62,917 nucleotides of DNA from Geosiphon pyriformis uo1 (taxonomy: Eukaryota > Fungi > Glomeromycota): NCBI GenBank assembly GCA_016748015.1, contig JAAOMT010000787.1, positions 25,008 through 87,924 on the forward strand, given 5' to 3'. Positions 1 through 11,838 of this stretch are shown piece by piece. The notes beneath the pieces are model-generated. The model ran no database searches. It was not told where the DNA came from and worked only from the letters and a program-made list of their open reading frames with translations. Position numbers and translations under genes: made by a program. Positions within the stretch are counted from its first letter, which is position 1; each line of letters begins with the position of its first letter.

Positions 1-329
1 TCTTATTTTGAAAGTTTATATTTCATAACCATTGTCATTTTACTTTGCTTATTAAATTTAATAATGCACAAATGCTTTTAAAATAAAATTAGTTTTAAAA
101 TCTTAACTTGAAAAATTTTAATAAATAAAATTTTTTATTTAAATCAGATTTGTTTGAATAAATGGTTTATTTACATTGAAAGGTATTTCTTCAAAAACTA
201 TATAATTTAAAAATAATGACTTTGTTACCTAAATTTTATATTTATATTGATACATAAAAGATGTAACATAGTAAATCATATACAAAAAACTGTTTAAAAT
301 CGACTAAACAATATTGTAATTAGACCATA

Positions 330-760
330 AAAGATTGGAAATGAGTTATTTTGCCTGATAAAAGTAATTTTTTACTATTTGTATGGATAAAAGACTATTA
401 TTAGAACACTTTTAGCAGATGAACATATTATGCAAAAGTCAAAATTATAGTGTTGGAATAATAATAATGTAGAGTTATTTAAAAACTAATAAGATTGCTT
501 GTAAAATTAATAGAAAATAAAGGAGAATATTATCAACAAAAATTTTTTAATACTATAAATAATGCAAATTTCAAATAAAATAATAATTCAAACCAAATAA
601 GCAAAGAAACAAAAAATTAGTTGCAAAGAAAATACTCTAAGCATATTCGATTATTCTAAATAAATAAAAACCACAAATACCGTAAAATGTTATTAATAAC
701 AAAATAACATTTTGCCTTTAATAAAACTTGAACTGTGTTTAATACATTTTATAAAAAAGT
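330..760 (+). mobile_element. Heavily eroded Tc1/mariner transposase relic
   Basis: 333-380 translates DWK*VILPDKSNFLLF, resembling the Tc1 WxxVIWSDES-F first-Asp motif after C>T/G>A changes. Downstream similarity is weak and boundaries are approximate. Confidence 0.35.
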
Positions 761-873
761 CAAGCTAATTTTAAGTCATAAATATTTGGTAAATGGTAAA
801 TTTATGGCATTAAAAAAATGCTGTTACCAGTAGAATTTAACTATTAATTAGCATAAAATTACTCTCATAATTC

Positions 874-892
874 CTGTCTCTTATACACATCT
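874..892 (+). other. Tn5/Nextera mosaic-end adapter (probable assembly artefact)
   Basis: Exact 19-mer CTGTCTCTTATACACATCT. Confidence 0.95.
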
Positions 893-2158
893 AAATAGAA
901 TGTCACTAGTAGTTTGAAAGCCATCTTCAATTGCATTTCTTCTGAATATTTGGAATTTCAATCATAGTCAATAAAAAAATCAAAGTTTTGAATAAATAAG
1001 AAAATAACTTGATATTAAAAACCATTATTTAATAGAATTTTATTGTATTTTTGTTTGAACACTTTACTCTTCAATTCTCATTATTGAAGCATTTTTTTAT
1101 ATCATTTCACAGGTAAAGAGCGTTTTATAGTTTTACCCTGTAATAAACTTAAACTTAAGAAATTATAAGTTGTTTGATAAAAAGTCTTTTTTTAAGTTTT
1201 TCGATGTTTTAAAATTGTGGGCTTAATAATAGGCTATAAAATATTCCGCCAGTGAAATTATCTAAGATAGACAGTACAACCTTCAGACAATTTATAATTA
1301 AATTAAATAAAAGCAAATTTATCTTTTTAGGATTTGAAAAACTTCATACTCCTCGACAGAAAAAAGCACAAGTCCGTTTTCTGATCCAAGTAAAGCATGC
1401 CCATAATTAATTGTCTTTTGACAAGCGCACTCTGAACTATTTTTAAAATCATTGCCATACAATCCAATATTGGCCTCTCCAAAAGCGGGTCCATAAAATT
1501 CCCCACCATAAGGTCCAGATCCTGTAACAAACTTGCTAAGCATAGCATTTTCAGTTTTATCATCTCCAAGAGAAAAAATAAAAGTTCTTTCTCCATTTAT
1601 ATATTTATTTTGAGAGTGCCAAGATTGTGGGTTAAAGCCGCCAATTATCTGACCAGTTCCTTTCACTTTGATTACGCTAACTGTTGCTCCTTTTTCATCG
1701 CATAATCGATGAAAATCTGCTGGAGTATATCCGTCTCGACTTCCACGAAGTAATAATTTAAAATTATTTCCAAGTTGATTTCCAAAAGGAGTATTTTCGT
1801 CTTTTCCTTGAATCCAATGATCAAGCTGTTTTATGTTTTGCGATTTAAGAAGCTTTGTATCAATATTTGATCTAGTCAAACGTAATGGCTGAGCGTCTAC
1901 AGACTTTTGATGACTACCCGGTACGAGATAATGATGTAAAAGATCTTCATATAAAGTTCCAGGTAAGATTCTCGCAAATGGTTTTACTTTGTGATAGAAG
2001 TCAACTGAAGATATGTTAAAGAACCGGATTAAAGGTAGAAGCCTTTCGATGGATTCCTTAAAGGCGTTAAAGTTTTCATCTGTCCAGTAAAGAACTTTTT
2101 TCGTCTGAATATCGCTATCCAATTTAGCAACTCCCCATTCCACAATCTTTTCCCATAT
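893..2158. repeat. Near-identical direct repeat, copy 1 (3' half and 3' flank of BTB-TLDc gene 1)
   Basis: Matches 3843-5103 at an offset of about 2945-2950, including non-coding flank starting AAATAGAATGTCACTAGTAG. Confidence 0.9.
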
Positions 2159-2817
2159 CTCTGACTCTTCCATCTCAAGGTCATCCCGAGATAAAATCGA
2201 AGAAAGAAAACTTTTATTGAGGGAGGTGAAATCTTGGGATTTAAAGATTAGAGTTGGATTGGTAGCAGCTATTTGGGCGCAGAACGCTTGTAGCTTATTG
2301 AACGAATCATGGGTAAATGATATTTCATGCAAAGAGGCAAAGTTTTCTTTTAGCTCTTTTGCATGATTTTCAATTAGATAATCTTCCAGGTAATCAATAA
2401 GATTTTTCAAAAAAAGCTCATCAGCAGCAACAAGCAATTCCAAAATTGTAAGTATTCCATGTTCTTTAAGAAAAATTTCCCCATTATAAATATATCTATC
2501 CAAAAAATAAAATAAGCAATTATTTGTATTAAAAACTTTTAAGGAAATTAATACACTTACCTAAGAATCACCTCGAAAATTCTGGGTGATATATTGGGGT
2601 TGGCAAGGATAGTATTATTATTTTCTCTTTTAACACTATCATTAGAGAGAACATTAGCAAAATATAATGATCTCGCTGCTAAAATTTGCGAATGCGCATG
2701 AAAGGTTCTAGCATTAGACGCTTTGCCGACGAGAATTCTAACGTCAGAGAAATTTCGATTTTTAAGTAAGTTCTCGAAATCGTGAGATAAAGCGAGAAAG
2801 AGTTGTTTGGATGCCAT
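1319..2817 (-). CDS. BTB/POZ-BACK-TLDc protein, 477 aa; exons 2817-2561 and 2495-1319
   Basis: A 65-nt GTAAGT...TAG intron (2560-2496) joins ILR/YIYNG in frame. BTB motifs SDVRILVG and FHAHSQILAARSLYF; BACK-like EESEIWEKIVEWG; TLDc motifs LLLRGSRDG, FHRLCD, IIGGFNP, FIFSL, YEVFQI. Confidence 0.92.
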
Positions 2818-2974
2818 TGATAAGATAATTCAATATGACGATCATTAGCACATATTCTTTTTTATCCACAAATAAAAGCCCACGTGATTATGCAACATTG
2901 GAAATGAATCTATCAGTCAGTTTTAGAAATTAAATAAACTCACTAAGTTACCTATCTCCACTGTGAGACACAAT

Positions 2975-3540
2975 ACAACAATTGACAACAAAGGCGGTAA
3001 TGGTGGTCGCAAGAAGATTATAGAAAAAATTAGGTCAATATATTTGTAAAAAAATGTTCTTTGTCGCTGTGAAAAACTGCTAGCAAACTAGTTACAGAAG
3101 AAGTAGAAATCACATATTGCACAATTTCCAAACATTTAAATCGTTTGGATATACAAAAACCTGCCAAATACTATGCTGGTGCTGACGAAAGTTCAAAAGC
3201 AGAAACGTGTTGAATGGACCAAATGTCATCATAATGATAACTGGAAAAAAAACGACTATTTTTTGACAAAACAACATTTCAACTGTTCCCAAACTTAATA
3301 GAACATTGGTCAGGATCGTACAAGAATTTTTGCATGGGGTAGTTTTCGACACTTTGTGGATGCTAAGTTTTACATAGAGATTTTGCAAAAGCATACCTGG
3401 AAATTAATGGGATACTTTGGAAGAAATGATGCTTTCCACGAGATAGTCATCTCAAACATAGAAGTCGACAGTAGCTAAAGCTATTCTTGCAGAAAATATA
3501 CCTCAAGTCATTTGACTGGTCGTCGTGTAACTCGGATCTG
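2975..3540 (+). mobile_element. Tc1/mariner (DD34E-type) transposase relic with deletions and frameshifts
   Basis: Fragments LTKVQKQKRVEWTKCHHNDNWKK, LFFDKTTFQLF (SDE motif), IFAWGSF, RDSHLKHRSR (QDNDPKH motif) and VAKAILAENIPQVI-DWSSCNSDL (WPSxSPDL motif) occur in the correct order. No TIRs found. Confidence 0.75.
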
Positions 3541-3842
3541 AAAAAATATAAACATGAAGCGAAAACGAATGCCACAAAATCTGGAGGTTACAGAATTTTT
3601 TATTAAAAAATATGAAGTTGAAATACTGTTGGAACCTATCAATGAGTTTTTGCCTTTTTGACCAGTTTTCGAGGTACAGAGGCATCTACATATGAAGTTA
3701 TTGGCAGAGGAAAATTTTATAATGTGTAGTAAGAACCTAAGTTAAAGCTATTCGATATATTACATTCATTATCATCAGTTAATTTGATTCAAGAAATTTA
3801 TTTTTATAAATGGGAAATGAGATTTTAAGTGAACAGAGCAAA

Positions 3843-5103
3843 AAATAGAATGTCACTAGTAGTTTGAAAGCCATCTTCAATTGCATTTCTTCTGAATATT
3901 TGGAATTTCAATCACAGTCAATAAAAAAATCAAAGTTTTGAATAAATAAGAAAATAACTTGATATTAAAAACCATTGTTTAATAGAATTTTATTGTATTT
4001 TTGTTTGAACACTTTACTCTTCAATTCTCATTATTGAAGCATTTTTTTATATCATTTCACATATAAAGAACGTTTTATAGTTTTACCCTGTAATAAAATT
4101 AAGAAATTATAAGTTGTTTGATAAAAAGTCTTTTTTTAAGTTTTTCGATGTTTTAAAATTGTGGGGCTTAATAATAGGGTATAAAATATTCCGCCAGTGA
4201 AATTATCTAAGATAGACAGTACAACCTTCAGACAATTTATAATTAAATTAAATAAAAGCAAATTTATCTTTTTAGGATTTGAAAAACTTCATACTCCTCG
4301 ACAGAAAAATACACAGTTCCGTTTTCTGATCCAAGTAAAGCATGTTCATAATCACTTGCATCTTGACAATAGCAGTCTGAACTATTTTTAAAATCGTTGC
4401 CACATAATCCAATATTGGCATCTCCAAAAGTGGGTCCATAAGCTATCCCACCATAAGGTCCAGATCCTGTAACAAACTTGCTAAGCATAACATTTTCAGT
4501 TTTATCATCTCCAAGAGAAAAAATAAAACTTCCTTTTCCCTCCAACCAATCATCCTTAGAGTGCCAAGATTGTGGGTTAAAGCCGCCAATTATCTGACCA
4601 GTTCCTTTCACTTTGATTACGCTAACTGTTGCTCCTTTTTCATCGCATAATCGATGAAAATCTGCTGGAGTATATCCGTCTCGACTTCCACGAAGTAATA
4701 ATTTAAAATTATTTCCAAGTTGATTTCCAAAAGGAGTATTTTCGTCTTTTCCTTGAATCCAATGATCAAGCTGTTTTATGTTTTGCGATTTAAGAAGCTT
4801 TGTATCAATATTTGATCTAGTCAAACGTAATGGCTGAGCGTCTACAGACTTTTGATGACTACCCGGTACGAGATAATGATGTAAAAGATCTTCATATAAA
4901 GTTCCAGGTAAGATTCTCGCAAATGGTTTTACTTTGTGATAAAAGTCGACTGAAGATATGTTAAAGAAGCGGATTAAAGGTAGAAGCCTTTCGATGGATT
5001 CCTTAAAGGCGTTAAAGTTTTCATCTGTCCAGTAAAGAACTTTTTTCGTCTGAATATCGCTATCCAATTTAGCAACTCCCCATTCTACAATCTTTTCCCA
5101 TAT
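3843..5103. repeat. Near-identical direct repeat, copy 2 (3' half and 3' flank of BTB-TLDc gene 2)
   Basis: Matches 893-2158. Confidence 0.9.
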
Positions 5104-5763
5104 TTCAGATTCTTCCATATTTATTTCATCCTGGGTTAAAATTGAGACAAGAGCATTTTCACTAAGGGAGGTAAAATCTTGCGAGTTGAAGACTATAGCT
5201 GGATTTTCAGCAGCTATTTCGGTGCAGAATTTTTGTAACTTTTTGAAAGAATCATGCATAAATGAAGTTTTCTGCAAAGTGGCAAAATTTTTTTTTAGCC
5301 CTTTTGCACGGTGTTCAATCAAATAGTCTTCAAGATGATCAATAATGTTTTCTAGAATAAGCTCATCAGCGGTAACAAGCAATTCTAAAATGGTAGGTAC
5401 TTCATGTTTATCAAGAGAAATCTCGCCATTATAAATGTATCTGCAGGAAAACAAAACAGTGAATCTTATGTTGGCCAAAATATTCGTAGGAAATGAAAAC
5501 CCTTACCTGAGAATTATTTCAAAAATCTTTGGTGAAATATTGGGTTTAGGGAAGATAATGATATTATTTTCCCTTTTAATCCAATTGCTAGAGAGTGCGG
5601 CAGCAAAATATGGTGATCTTGCTGCTAAAATTTGGGAATGAGCATGAAAAGTTCTGATATTGGGCGCTTCGCCAACTATAATTCTAATATCAGAGAACTT
5701 CTGACTGTTAAATAAATTCCCAAAATCATTGGATAAAGCGTGAAAGTATTGTTGGGGTGACAT
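4264..5763 (-). CDS. BTB/POZ-BACK-TLDc protein paralog, 477 aa; exons 5763-5507 and 5440-4264
   Basis: A 66-nt GTAAGG...GCAG intron (5506-5441) sits at the same position and phase as in gene 1. Exon lengths are identical (257 + 1177 nt) and the domain motifs are the same. Confidence 0.92.
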
Positions 5764-7958
5764 CGGTAAAATATGAGAGGTTTTTTTTCCTACGATTAGT
5801 ATTTATGCTAGTTATATACTTATTCGGAGTTGGAGTCACATGTTAATCTGCACTTTATCGATTGATCAATTATTTCCGAGTTCCCAATTAAATATTTTCT
5901 TCGAGATCAAGATTAAAATATCTAAGCAGTCGAATTTTCAATATACCATATAATAATAGCATGCTAAAAACATATACTTTAATTATGTTTTATATTATTT
6001 ATCTATTATAAGGTTATAAGTTATTATTTTGGCAAAATAAGATTGATTTTACATCCAAATTTTTATTGACTAAAACTTTTTCTTTATTACATTTATTCTC
6101 AAACTAACAAAATTTATTAAGATTTATTATTTAAAAAAAAAAATTATTTTAAAATAAGTTATTCAGAAATTGTTAGATTTTGTTTATTTTTCCATGATTA
6201 GATTTATCATTCAAAATATTACACATTGTTTAATGATAAAGAATTTTTTAATTAAAGAGAAAAAATATTTTTCCACTAATTTTTATATCTAAAATAAAAG
6301 TTAATCAAATTTAATTATATTCTTTTGAATTATACAAAATTATATATAGCTCTAGTTTCATGTTGTTTATTAGCAATAATTAATTTTTCAAACAAAATTG
6401 ATTGATTCTATTATTGTGATTTTTTTTCATTGATTCTAACTATAACTTTTTTATCTTTTCTTAAAGAATAAATCTTACAGAAAACGAAATCCAAAAACTT
6501 TATAATTCTTGTTAATCATAAAAGTTATAAACGAAATTTTTAGAACGACCAAGACTTTCATTTTATTCTCAATTAGAATACAATATAACTTTTCACCAAT
6601 TTTAATTTGTGCTTTTATAGGAATTGGGCTTCTATATTTTATTTAAATCAGATGTCAATTTCAGTTTAAACTTGAAGTAAATTCAAGCTTTCAAAAGATT
6701 AAAAGCATAAGCAAAAATGATATTAAATTGCTTGTGATTTCCCATTTTTTACTTTAATGGTGTAAGATATATAAGATAATATTAAGATAGTTGTTAAGAA
6801 AGTTTTTTTGAAAAAAGAGTTTTGGTTTACGAAGATATTAAATTTTTACAGATTCTAATATAATGTTCAGAAATTCTTGATAAATCTGGTCAGAAGCTTT
6901 TAAAATGGTTGATAGAAAATTTTCTTTTGTGAATGGAAATCTTTTTAGAGCATGAAAGAAAGTTTCTAAATTATCTTAATTCAATAGGATTAATAAACTT
7001 ATTAATATTTGTGTTTATTATAGATAAAAAAAGATTTTTCGACAGAAAAAATTCCAAAAAATAAAAATAAAAATTTTTTAACACACTTTATTTATTACCA
7101 TTAATATAGATTTAAAATTTGCATGAACTTTGAATTTATATTTGTAAGTATATTAGCCAAATTCAATTCAAGTAAAGTCATTAAAGTGCCAAAAACAAAT
7201 TTTATTTTATGCCAGTTTTATTGATTTTAAGTATAGAAAAAAGTAAAAACAAAATAAAACAAAAAGCAAAAGAATGTGAAATCGAATTAATTTTGTGCTT
7301 TTATTTTATTTTGGTTAAAAATTTAATCTTTTTTTGAATGGCAGTGGAAAAAAATTTTTTTAAATGAGAAACACGTTTTTTAATTTTAATTTTATGAGTA
7401 TTATCTTGGCTTTTTTTTTCATTCAAATTATGATGTAATATGTTCAAAATATTAAAAATATAAATATCAAGTAAATCAAAAAACATTAATGATTCTTTGA
7501 AAAATCTGATTAGATTTAGAAAATGGTTTTAAATTCAAATTAAGTAAAATTTAATCAAGACATTAAAAGTGTCAGTTTTTTAATTATAATTTTAATATGA
7601 GATCCATTTTTTCATGCTTTTCGATAGTAGGTGCTATTTGATAAGAAATATACCCTTTTAATAATTTATAATCCACTTTTTTTGTTTAGATTGAAAAAAA
7701 AAAAAAAAAATTTTCCCCATTCAATTAAACCTTTAAGTTTTTTTTGGAATTTCGAAAAGACTTTATTCTATTTTGATTAGGAATTTTAAACTAATTTTGG
7801 AAACCCAATTAATGTATGTGGGAATTTACTTTACCTTTGGTATTGAACATTGTGATCATGATCAAAATATATAAAGTGAATCGCCGAAAAATTTAACTCA
7901 AATACATTAATACTTTTTCACTTGCCAGGCAAAAGATGGATATTTTTCATTTTCTTCG

Positions 7959-8007
7959 TTATTTATTTATTTATTTATTTGTTTGTTTGTTTGTTTGTTT
8001 GTTTGTT
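7959..8007. repeat. Compound (TTTA)n(TTTG)n microsatellite
   Basis: Seen directly. Confidence 0.9.
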
Positions 8008-9974
8008 GTTTTTGTTTTTATGATATTGATGACATTGATCGCTGAAGACATTTAATTAAATTCCAACACAAACAATAAAATCATTGGAGAGCTGAATAAA
8101 AAAAAGAATAGAAAATACCGAAAACATTTGGTTAATTGAATAGCATATGATAGATTTGGAAATTGATTTCTTTAAAAACTTGGATTAAAAAGGCTTCTAA
8201 ACAATAATCGTTAGATTTAAACAACTAATCTTTCTATTCGATATTAGTAAGATTGCAAATTAAACAAAAAGATTAATAATGTTTCATCAATTGAAGTATT
8301 TATCATTCCCCAAGTATTTTTTATTGAGCAAACAATTCCATTTTCATTAATAAAGGAAAAATTTGGATTTATTTAACCGAAGAATAGAGTTACAACCATT
8401 GCCAATCTTTGACCAATTGCTAGATCCAAGTTCAAAAGAAAAGATCTTGATCGAAAATTAAAAGGTTGAGGAACTTTCCTTTAAACTTTTCTATCTTTGT
8501 TAAATAAATCGTTTGGAAAGATGAGAATGTTTAATCTTCATTTTTTTTTAGACGATAATTAACGTAGACTAGGGTTATAACCTTTCATAGAATATCATTA
8601 ATCAAAAACTTTTGATACAGCCTCGTGTCTTTGAAACAACTCCTTTTGAAATCTTCAAAAAAAGGTAGGTATTATTTCTTTTGAAGAAAATCTTCTGAAA
8701 TCATTTTGGTGATTGGCACTAGTATCTCATAATAAAAATTTGCCCCCAAAAGGCTCGACCTCTAATTGGTTTCCAAATTTAGGATTTTAGTACAAAGACT
8801 GATTTTTAAAATAGATATTAGATCACTGATTCAGCCCATTAATTGATCACGAAGTGTACGATTACACAAATGATATATTAAGTAAAATAAGGTTAGGCTC
8901 GGTATAAGCCTAAACCATCAATGGGAATATTAATGTTAGATAGTACCCACCCCCCCCCCCCTCCCCATATATTATCGATTTAATATGATTCTAAAGAATG
9001 ATTCTATCATATTTTTTAAAAAACCTTCTCGTTCAAGTGATATGTCTTGAAAATAAGTTTGGAACTCGAAACAGAAAATTAAAATTTGTCTCTTAAGAAA
9101 AAAAATGGAACTTTTAGAAAAAAACTTGCATTTCCCACGTCAATCAGACCTTATATGTCAAAGATCGTTTTCTGATACAAGCTCTAAGCTAGGGTTTTTT
9201 TTTCAATTTTAGGAGTTAAATAAGTAAAATTTGATTGGCATGATGTAATTGATAATATGGAATCGATTAATGGAGTAGTTTTTTTAAGGGAAATAATAAC
9301 ATCCAGGGAACCATTATAATTTAATGAGGAACAACTTGTTGAGCTTTGTCATAATAAAAAATCCCATAATATACTACCATACTATCCATTAATTCAGGTA
9401 ACACACACAAGACATAAATATTATACAAACATACCGAATATAAAAATCCTACAAGTCTAAAAAAACTAGTTGATTTAAAATTACTTAATATCCCTCCCCC
9501 CCTTTTTTTTTGATATTTTTACGCGACTCTTTTAAACTTTTTATGATGAGCAGCATTACACTGCTGCATTCTTATCCTTACTATTATTTCCTTATTATTT
9601 GTTATTGCTGAGAAAATAAAAAGAAACTGAAATTTTTTTAAAAAATTATCTGAAAGGTTTTTATAACTGATTTTTGTTGTCGATTGAAGAAAATCAAAAA
9701 ATTTGAAAGATTAAAAATTTTCAATTGTAAAATAAACCATATTCAGTACGGTAATTAGAACGATTTATAGTTCATTATAATTGTTTTTAAAGAATTTTTG
9801 GGATCAAAATTACATTGAAAATATTTGAAATCCAAAAAAAAAACAAAAACATTCAACCCTATTGTTGGTAATCTTGAAGGAAATTGAAAAAAATCAAATT
9901 TAGATTTCATACTTAATCTTTTTTAACCTTCTCCTATAAACACCATAACAATTTTTTAATACCTCATCTCATAA

Positions 9975-11668
9975 ATGGCATATTCAAACCGACCGGAATC
10001 ACAGCTTCCGTTTTATACGCCGGCAAATGATAATGATTTTTATCCAACTTATTTAACAGAAAATTTTAACGAGAAACAAGAACATGACTCAGTGTCAACG
10101 CTTTCCTCAACTTTGGACGGTTATGGTGTCGTAAGATCGCCAAGGAATATGATTAGACAATCACAGGAAACTTTGGGTACACCGCGGAGAAGTAAGTTTG
10201 TTAGGAGGTATATATGAAATTTTTCATTGCACCCTTATTCATAATCTCATTCTCCAATGTAATTGTAACAAAGTTAGACCAATCGAAAAACGGAATTTTC
10301 GATTTTTCTGTATATCTTGTCCACCATGTCTTTGGATTTCATGCGGAATATTCTGGACTGTAATTCTGGCTTTAACTATTGTTTTGGGGGTAGGTTTTTT
10401 AAGATTCATTCAATCAATCATTTCCCTAATTTCAATTTAAATAATTAATTGAATTGAATTGAATTGAATTTGTATTGGATTGGATTGGATTGGATTTAAT
10501 TGAATTGAATTGAATTGAATTGAACCTTTATTCAAAAGTCGATAACTTTCGCAAATAAGAAATTATGTCGAGATTTAAATATTGACGATGTAGCCCCATC
10601 CATACAAATATACGATCCGAATATTTTAAATGAGATTAAAATATTGACTTCTGGAAATTTCTTAGTAAGTAAGATAAAATTTTGTTCGAAAGAGATTTTT
10701 ATTTTAAACATTGAAATGTTTTTACCATACCTTTTTTTTTTTTTTTTTTTTTAAATATAGAAAGGAGAGGTAATCATATCACAAACAAACTTGACGACAG
10801 TAAAAGGTGCAAGTGTTCTTACACAGGTTGTTAGCGCTGGTAATAAAAAAATAAATAGTAAAGCGACGTCTGTTAATTCCCAATATTTACTTACAATTGT
10901 AAGTTTCCAAATTTTTCATCAATCATTTCCATACTTTTAAAATTTTAAATTTAATTAAAAATTCCAATTTTGAAACTTATAGGCACAACCTGGATACGCA
11001 TCACCATACAAGATAATTTCTTATTGGTCACTTCCTCCGAAATGTTCCAAAGCTAGAATAGAGATTATATTTCCACAAGAATTCAATAACGACAATCAAT
11101 CAATGCCAATAAAGGTTATATCAAGTGGCTTCGAGATGAAGATAAATAAGAATTTGGTTGGGTATTTTGACAAAGAGTTTAAGTTTTGGTCACAGAATTC
11201 AGGAATTGATGTTAAGGTATTTAGTTTTAGATGTTTGACTTTTTGATTACATGATGTATGAAGGAATGAATGAATGAATGAATTAATGGATAAGATCTTT
11301 AAATTTAAATTTTTTTTCTTTATTAGAACTTTTCATCTAAATCAGTAGAGTTAATGACACGAAACGGTGATATTAAGGGTGTCGTATCGGGAATAGAAAC
11401 AAACTTCAAAACTAATACAATAAATGGGAATATTAATCTCACCCTGAATACCCTCTCAAACGCCACACAACCTCATATTGAAATCAATTCATTTAGCGGG
11501 AATATAAATTTGAATTTGGTATGTAATTTTTAAAAAATTGTTTCTTTTTTGATGAAAACCTTATTTTTTCTAATATTAAAAATTCTCGCCATAAATTTCA
11601 AAAGAACCACACATTTTCTGGAAATTTTTCCGTATCAACCACTTCTGGAAATATCAATCTATCCAATC

Positions 11669-11704
<36 letters not shown>

Positions 11705-11802
11705 TATCATCATCAACAACTAGGGAAGGTACTATACCTGGCACACATGACGGAAAACTTTTGGTGAAATCATTTGATGCAAATATTAATTTGCTATTTT
11801 AG
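9975..11802 (+). CDS. 7-exon single-pass membrane protein, 406 aa, with C-terminal DUF4097/putative adhesin-like beta-strand repeats; exons 9975-10191, 10274-10389, 10539-10664, 10761-10898, 10983-11216, 11327-11518, 11605-11802
   Basis: All six introns are GT-AG and the spliced 1221-nt frame is open to TAG. Hydrophobic segment LWISCGIFWTVILALTIVLGSITFA. Repeated T/S-x-N/S-G-D/N-I units (TRNGDIKG, TINGNINL, SFSGNINL, TTSGNINL, SFDANINL). The domain name is inferred from the motif pattern. Confidence 0.82.
10447..10524. repeat. (AATTG)n/(GATTG)n pentanucleotide microsatellite in intron 2
   Basis: Seen directly. Confidence 0.9.
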
Positions 11803-11838
11803 TTGATGACGATGATGATGATGATGATGATGATGATG
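11671..11838. repeat. (TCA)n coding poly-Ser tract (11671-11715) and complementary (TGA)n tract (11804-11838) just after the stop codon
   Basis: Seen directly; the two tracts are reverse complements. Confidence 0.9.

Noticed and set aside
1327-1596. Short overlapping or antisense ORFs (also 4197, 5435 and many within 35.7-61 kb)
   Set aside because: They are shadow frames of real genes or TE ORFs with no independent motifs.
1319-1625. Diversity-generating retroelement explaining TLDc variation
   Set aside because: Differences are not confined to adenines, there is no template repeat, and the RTs here are LINE and gypsy types.
2881-2886. CACGTG E-box upstream of gene 1
   Set aside because: It is a single hexamer, not exactly conserved upstream of gene 2 (CACATG), so support is insufficient.
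11549-11767. Poly-His ORF in the supplied track
   Set aside because: It is the wrong frame of the (TCA)n tract; the spliced gene reads poly-Ser.
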